In this document: positions 58,301 to 64,000 of the stretch, piece after piece
Layout of the letters: the number at the start of each line of letters is the position of its first letter
Numbering within the stretch: the stretch's first letter is position 1
Made by a program: the position numbers and the translations under genes
Source: a virus
Taxonomy: Duplodnaviria > Caudoviricetes
DNA: 64,000 bases
Direction: 5' to 3' (one strand)
Virus record (IMG/VR): IMGVR_UViG_3300028886_000041
Notes under the pieces: model-generated
The model's database searches: none
What the model saw: only the letters and a program-made list of their open reading frames with translations
Told to the model about the DNA's origin: nothing

Positions 58301-59431
58301 AAATTCTTTCCAATTTTTTATATTTTCATCAACAGTTGATTGGAAATCATTAATTTTTGAATTAAGGCTGTCATTAACAGATGTTATAGCAGCCTTAAAT
58401 TTTGTATATTTATTAACTATTAATTTTGTATTTGGTGAAATATATAAAGCGTCGGATGCTTTTTGTGTTTTAACAATTTTCTTAGATAAATCTATACTTT
58501 GTAAAATTTCATTTGTAACAATTTGCTGGCTATCAATACCATTTAAAGCGCTCGTCGCTTCTTTGGTATTTTTATCATTAGTTATTTTGTTTTCTTCTTT
58601 GTCAAAAGAGTCAAAATATGCAGGAGAGTTATCTTTTTCAACATCTTCTAAACCTTCCGATGCGTAATTTTTATCATCTTTTTCATCTTTTTGTTTAAAA
58701 CTACTAGTAAACCATTTTAAAGGCCATATACCACTTAGAATAGTTACAATATCCCATGATAATATAGATTTAACATATCCTTCAATTGTTGTTATTAAAT
58801 TTTTCATTGGTTTAACAACTAAGGTGTTAAAAGCTAATGTTAACGCTTCACCTATAAAAACAATAATAAGTTTAATAATAGCAACTGTTTCATTATAAAC
58901 TTTAATTGTAAAATCTTTAATATTATCAAATACTTTTCCAAAAAATATTTTTATATGTTTAAACAAATATTTAATAGCCCATATAGCATAATCTTTAAGT
59001 TTACTTACAAATGATGAAATATATCCATATATTTTAGAAAATTTCTTTTTAACATCTGTCCAATATTTATATATAAAATATAATCCAACACCAACAATAG
59101 CTATTAACATAATATACACAAGCAATTTATTATTTTTCTTTGCTTTTTGTATTTTTGATGCTTCTCCATTAAATTTATTAATATGTTGTGAAGCAATATC
59201 GTATATTAATTTATATACTTGTTTTTTAGATAAAAAATTACTATCTTCAATATATACTGTATATATTTTTTTAGATTTTTTTAATTTATCATTAGCTTTT
59301 TTAACATTACTTAATGTTTGTTTTTTAGATTGTAATATTAAATGCTCAGGTTTATCTACTTCGACACGTGGAACATCTTTTTTGCCGAATTTTAATTTAT
59401 ATAATATACTGAATATTAAATTGATTGGCAT
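58289..59431 (-). CDS. hub/tape-measure-like protein with TM segment
   Basis: TM helix followed by amphipathic 11-mer-like W/F periodicity; downstream of gp26-like gene. Confidence 0.45.
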   Translation of the reverse strand: MPINLIFSILYKLKFGKKDVPRVEVDKPEHLILQSKKQTLSNVKKANDKLKKSKKIYTVYIEDSNFLSKKQVYKLIYDIASQHINKFNGEASKIQKAKKNNKLLVYIMLIAIVGVGLYFIYKYWTDVKKKFSKIYGYISSFVSKLKDYAIWAIKYLFKHIKIFFGKVFDNIKDFTIKVYNETVAIIKLIIVFIGEALTLAFNTLVVKPMKNLITTIEGYVKSILSWDIVTILSGIWPLKWFTSSFKQKDEKDDKNYASEGLEDVEKDNSPAYFDSFDKEENKITNDKNTKEATSALNGIDSQQIVTNEILQSIDLSKKIVKTQKASDALYISPNTKLIVNKYTKFKAAITSVNDSLNSKINDFQSTVDENIKNWKEFLLA

Positions 59432-59436
59432 TTTAA

Positions 59437-60270
59437 TTATGTTTCCTGGGAATATCTATTAGGTAAATCAATACCATTATTATTTGTACTTTTTTCGATT
59501 TCTTCCTGTTGTTCAGCTAAATCTTCATTAAAAATATCAATAATTGTATTAGCTTCATTTAAATTAATAGTATCATAATTACATATTCTTATATATTTAA
59601 ATAAAGTATACTCTTTTTTTATCAAATCTCGTTGATCATATATAAAAAGTTTTTTTACAAATTCAAAAAGCGTTATTAATTGACAATTTGCCTTCAATTG
59701 ATCATTAAAAAATGGTGTATTTTTTAAAATATTATCCCATTCGCTTATTTTAATTGATACTGCACTCAAAATGTTACTTGGTAAATTATCAATTATTATA
59801 TGTTCTAATGGAACTTCTTCATTTTCTATTACTATTTTCTTAAAATAATTATATGTATTATAATTTAATATATCTTTTTGTAATGTTTCTTCATTATAAA
59901 TAAAAAACGTATTAGGTATTCCTATAATAACATAAGAATCTTCATTTATTTTAATAGTATAATCTTTAATATTAATATTTTTAATAGTATTTAATATATT
60001 TTCAATTTTTATTGAATATTTAAATTTATCATCTTCATTTTTTAATGTAAATTCATAAACACTTCGAGTTGTTATTATTAAATTATACAATAACAATTCA
60101 AGTTGTTTGAATACATCTAAAGATTCATCAAAATTATATAATGAATTAAAATAATTTATTATCTGAGTATTATCATTTAATTGCAATAAAAGCTGTAGAT
60201 TTTTAAAATCTTTCAGTTTTATTCCATTTATAAAATAATTTTTATCATTTATTTTATAACTAAAAACCAT
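59437..60270 (-). CDS. baseplate hub assembly protein (gp26/gp51-like)
   Basis: Position and size; IDNLPS motif and C-terminal gp51-like segment. Confidence 0.5.
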   Translation of the reverse strand: MVFSYKINDKNYFINGIKLKDFKNLQLLLQLNDNTQIINYFNSLYNFDESLDVFKQLELLLYNLIITTRSVYEFTLKNEDDKFKYSIKIENILNTIKNINIKDYTIKINEDSYVIIGIPNTFFIYNEETLQKDILNYNTYNYFKKIVIENEEVPLEHIIIDNLPSNILSAVSIKISEWDNILKNTPFFNDQLKANCQLITLFEFVKKLFIYDQRDLIKKEYTLFKYIRICNYDTINLNEANTIIDIFNEDLAEQQEEIEKSTNNNGIDLPNRYSQET

Positions 60271-60271
60271 T

Positions 60272-61222
60272 TTAAATTGCTAATATATTATTCCAATTAC
60301 CACTACTAATTTTTGCTATTAAATCAGGTATTGGTAAATATAAATTATTTTTTAAATTATAACGTTGAAATACCCATTCAGTTTTATAAGTCTTAACATC
60401 GTCACTATGTCTCATAACGTTCTGTCGGGAATCAACATTTACAGGCGCACAACCATAAAAAGACCAAACTTTTCTTGGAATTTGAGATAATTTTTGATAA
60501 GATCGTGTATATTCCATTACCAATATATTAGTCTTTATATTTTTTAATTGTTCATTATCATCATCAGGATTTCTCGCTGTTAACCCATAATGTGAAGTTA
60601 AAATGGACCATGGTCTTATAACTAAATCAGCAAAAGATGTATTAGTTTCTAAAAAACTTAAAGTTAATCGGTTATTTGCATAACCATCACGATTAGATAT
60701 AGCAACACCAGGAATCAAACCACCATGATTTTCAATTATAACATCTTCTGTGCCTACACGATCCAATGCAGCGATATTAAATTCCTGTGCAAAAATACAT
60801 CCAATTATTCGTTGAAACGGATATGATGTTAATAAAGTGCCAGTGGTGTTATTCGCCCATGCATCAGTATCCCCTTGAATTGGTTCCATTTTTTGTATAG
60901 GTGAAAGATTGTATGTACCAGTATCAACACCAAATATATTACCTGCTTGTGCAATTGCATTTCCTGCGGCATCTAATAAACCAGCCATCCAATCTTTAAC
61001 GATTGCATTTGGAAAAGTTTCTATAAGGATAACAAATTGATTATTAGTAGGTATACTCGCGATCCATGTTTCCATCATTGTGAGGAAATAATCACGATAC
61101 GAAATAATAGGAATAGCGGGAATATTACCACCTAACAAATTGAGATTACCCTGTCCTAAATTGGATAAATTTCCCGCATTTCCTAGTGTGTTCGAACTGT
61201 TTATAAGACTTGAGACACCCAT
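60272..61222 (-). CDS. tail-tube initiator (gp48/gp54-like)
   Basis: Tube-fold motifs LTLSFLETN..IRPW, WSFYGCAPVNV. Confidence 0.65.
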   Translation of the reverse strand: MGVSSLINSSNTLGNAGNLSNLGQGNLNLLGGNIPAIPIISYRDYFLTMMETWIASIPTNNQFVILIETFPNAIVKDWMAGLLDAAGNAIAQAGNIFGVDTGTYNLSPIQKMEPIQGDTDAWANNTTGTLLTSYPFQRIIGCIFAQEFNIAALDRVGTEDVIIENHGGLIPGVAISNRDGYANNRLTLSFLETNTSFADLVIRPWSILTSHYGLTARNPDDDNEQLKNIKTNILVMEYTRSYQKLSQIPRKVWSFYGCAPVNVDSRQNVMRHSDDVKTYKTEWVFQRYNLKNNLYLPIPDLIAKISSGNWNNILAI

Positions 61223-61246
61223 AATATAATTATTTATTTTGAGGAT

Positions 61247-63631
61247 TTATTGATTAATAGCCTCATGATATTTATGTTGTATTTCCTTTGCTTGTTGCGG
61301 TGCAGCTGAACCATAATCACCAGGATTTAATAATCGATCTTGTTCTGATGCTTTTTCTAATGTTTCATTAGAAACATTTTCAGCTAATTTTTTAGCATGT
61401 TCACGAACAATAGCAGGGCCAGTAGTTAATGTTAAAGGAAGATTTTTGAACACATGACTATGTGGATATACTCGTATACAATTTGGCTCAGTAATATAAA
61501 TTTTATGCCAATGTTCTATAGGAGGAAATGTTCCCCAGCTGCCTAATGAAAGCTCTCGAGCTTCCCCAACTAATATATCGTTACCCAGGGTACCGGCTAA
61601 ACCTTTTTGTGATTCAGTTACTTGGTATTCACAAGGCGCGGTAACATGTTGTAAGAACGTCTCACCTTCGATATATGCACTACCACCAATAATAATATTA
61701 TTAGAAACACCTAATGTACTTTCCACCAATACCTGTTTATGATTTTTTTGACGCAATGTAAGTATTTCAGCAGCAATACTTAATCTACCACCAGATTCTA
61801 TATTAATATCATTATTAGAACCAATATTTACTTGTTCACCAGAAACATTAACAACAGTACCCGCAAGGTTCGCAGATCCATAGGATTTAATATTAACCCC
61901 TCCAGCACCAACCATTACATTAAATGCATTACATACTGTTAATGTATAAGTCCCACCAGGTAAAGGAGGAACATTTACATATTCAACTAATGGGCTTGGA
62001 ATGGCTTTTGTATATGTAGTAGTATCCCCGATTTGCATTTCAGCATTATACATTTTTCCAATACTATCGATACGAATAGATCCATAATCATTCATTACCA
62101 TACCAATAGTTTCTGATTTATCTTTTGTAATATGGATAATATCAGATCCACCAAGACCCATGTTTTTTTCAACATCAATTAATTTAACTAATTTTTTATT
62201 ATATAAATCAGCAATATTTTCTTTTAATTCTTCGGATTTAAAATCACCACCCATTGAAGATTCAGATAATTCAGGGGAATTTATAGTTTGATATTCTTTT
62301 ATAACTGATCCGACTTTATTTAAAGTTGTTGGTGGATTTGGATTAACACCATCATTCTTATAATCTTCATTTTTTAACGTATTAACTGCCTCCGTAGCTG
62401 CATTAAAATAATTTTCATCATCTTCTACTGAAGTAACAGTTTTTATATTTTTAATATTTGGATTTTTACAATGTTTTCCATCTTTTTTTTGTAATGTCGA
62501 ATTGAATTTTGCAATTACATCACCAGAAGCATTTAATAAAATATTATCAGCATTACATCTTTTTATATAAAATAATTGTTTAAGATTAGCAATTTGAGCT
62601 ATTTCTGCTTTCCATGCAACCATTGCATTATAATTTAAATTTCCAACTTTTCTATAATGATCACCGTTTACATTAATATCTTGATCACCATATACAAATA
62701 CATTATCAGAACCCCTTACTGTTGCAAATCTATTACCTTGTACTAATTTTTGATCATCATTAACAGCTAATTCTATAGTTGTGTTGTTGTTGTATTCTTT
62801 AAAAGAACCAGAATAATGAGTTAATTTAATTTTTTCATTATTATCAGTATTATTAATTTCTAAAGTTCCGCCTTTTTGATTTAAAATATACTTACTACGA
62901 TATTTATCTACATTATGATTATATTCTCCTTTGACAATTTTTTTATTTTCATATGTTCCAGGATATTCTGATTCATTATATAAACTATTCCAATCTACTT
63001 GACCATATAACACATGAGTAACAACTGGAAAATGTGGATCACCTTCTAAAAATTGCACTAAAACATGTGCCCCTACATTCGGCACACCAAATTCTCCACG
63101 AGAAGATCGTGAATATGTATTTGGTTTGTAATTTTTAGCAGACGCATTAATATTATTTACATTTTTATTACTGCCATCAAATGCATCTGATAATCTATAA
63201 TCGTTTTCTTCATAAATTGCTCCTGGTTTATCCCCATTTATGATAGTATTTCTTGTTTTTTTATCATTTTTATCAAATTCAGAAAATACAATATCGTTTC
63301 TATCAGTATTTAAAAGATTTGAATCATTAGAAGTTTTGGTAACATCAGCAAAAAAGTTATACCTACCTGTAGAACCTTCATTAGATACTGACATTGCTAA
63401 GGGAGCCCAAGGCAAAATTAGCCGTAATTCTGCAATAATATCTGCAGTTAGCCCAGATTTTTTATTAAATCCTAATAATTTTATCTTTTTATTTTTATTT
63501 AAACTATTAAAATTATCATATACAGTAGGGGATATACTGGGCACCCATACTTTTACTTGTCCTGCTCTATTTGGATCGTTATTTTGTATAACAATACCAT
63601 TATAAACACCATATTTTTTATTGTTCGTCAC
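61247..63631 (-). CDS. gp5/VgrG-like baseplate central spike
   Basis: GIVIQNNDPNRAGQVKVWVP and PNVGAHVLVQFLEGDPHFPV OB-fold; beta-helix repeats; C-terminal HWH/HSH. Confidence 0.85.
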   Translation of the reverse strand: MTNNKKYGVYNGIVIQNNDPNRAGQVKVWVPSISPTVYDNFNSLNKNKKIKLLGFNKKSGLTADIIAELRLILPWAPLAMSVSNEGSTGRYNFFADVTKTSNDSNLLNTDRNDIVFSEFDKNDKKTRNTIINGDKPGAIYEENDYRLSDAFDGSNKNVNNINASAKNYKPNTYSRSSRGEFGVPNVGAHVLVQFLEGDPHFPVVTHVLYGQVDWNSLYNESEYPGTYENKKIVKGEYNHNVDKYRSKYILNQKGGTLEINNTDNNEKIKLTHYSGSFKEYNNNTTIELAVNDDQKLVQGNRFATVRGSDNVFVYGDQDINVNGDHYRKVGNLNYNAMVAWKAEIAQIANLKQLFYIKRCNADNILLNASGDVIAKFNSTLQKKDGKHCKNPNIKNIKTVTSVEDDENYFNAATEAVNTLKNEDYKNDGVNPNPPTTLNKVGSVIKEYQTINSPELSESSMGGDFKSEELKENIADLYNKKLVKLIDVEKNMGLGGSDIIHITKDKSETIGMVMNDYGSIRIDSIGKMYNAEMQIGDTTTYTKAIPSPLVEYVNVPPLPGGTYTLTVCNAFNVMVGAGGVNIKSYGSANLAGTVVNVSGEQVNIGSNNDINIESGGRLSIAAEILTLRQKNHKQVLVESTLGVSNNIIIGGSAYIEGETFLQHVTAPCEYQVTESQKGLAGTLGNDILVGEARELSLGSWGTFPPIEHWHKIYITEPNCIRVYPHSHVFKNLPLTLTTGPAIVREHAKKLAENVSNETLEKASEQDRLLNPGDYGSAAPQQAKEIQHKYHEAINQ

Positions 63632-64000
63632 TTGTTATCACCACTTTTATTGTTTTAATATTAATACAACTATAGCCAAGATTACTCATATCAATCCCAA
63701 CATTATCATATGTATCACTATTTTCCATAAATTTTTGATCACTCATTTCAACTGCATATTTAACTAAATCTTCAGTGCATTGTTTCTTTATTTCTTGTAT
63801 TTTTTCTAATTTTTTATCAGTATATTGTGAAATATCTCGTTTATCTCTATTAGTTAAAGTTTTTGTTAAATTATTAATACTACCTAATAAACTTTTTTGT
63901 ACTGTCCCGTTTTCAGCTGTAACTTCATCTTCAACTAACGTATTATCTATATAATCATTTATGCCTAATAATTCATCTATTTCGCTATCGGTTGATAATT
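63618..64000 (-). CDS. 3' end of a gene starting beyond the window
   Basis: Open frame of 126 codons ending ...ITSDEQ-TAA, overlapping the gp5 start. Confidence 0.7.
   Translation of the reverse strand, partial: LSTDSEIDELLGINDYIDNTLVEDEVTAENGTVQKSLLGSINNLTKTLTNRDKRDISQYTDKKLEKIQEIKKQCTEDLVKYAVEMSDQKFMENSDTYDNVGIDMSNLGYSCINIKTIKVVITSDEQ

Noticed and set aside
1-64000. Stop-codon reassignment
   Set aside because: Long conserved genes (ligA, rtcB, gp6, gp5) are intact in code 11, coding density is high and no suppressor tRNA was found.

Overview
A 64-kb fragment of a very AT-rich T4-like (myovirus, probably jumbo) phage genome, almost all on the minus strand. Layout: (1) 1-2.6 kb is a tRNA array with 10 tRNA or tRNA-like genes, several structurally atypical, plus an HNH homing endonuclease, boxA-like motifs and two unexplained structured RNA candidates. 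(2) 3.7-5.8 kb is an IS607-type tnpA/tnpB pair on the plus strand. (3) 5.8-17.6 kb holds many small early/middle genes, including RtcB and a pol-beta-like nucleotidyltransferase. (4) 17.7-19.6 kb is a sharply GC-rich foreign cassette fused in frame into a fibre-like gene exactly at a 54-bp repeat, next to five secreted proteins, three of them tandem paralogues. (5) 23-38.6 kb carries DNA/nucleotide metabolism and lytic or head-associated genes (phosphoesterase, exonucleases, SprT-SleB fusion, LigA, PRTase, RadA-like ATPase, C1 peptidase, Tmk, RNase H). (6) 38.6-64 kb is the tail fibre, tail terminator and baseplate module (gp15, gp6, gp25, gp26, gp54/48, gp5-like). The strongest unexplained pattern is regulatory. 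A fixed-spacing TAACTC-N5-TAwwwT promoter motif occurs 13 times, and a TAAATA late motif recurs throughout. Both often sit exactly 5-6 nt before an ATG, implying widespread leaderless mRNAs. All functional calls come from motif recognition by eye; no database searches were run.
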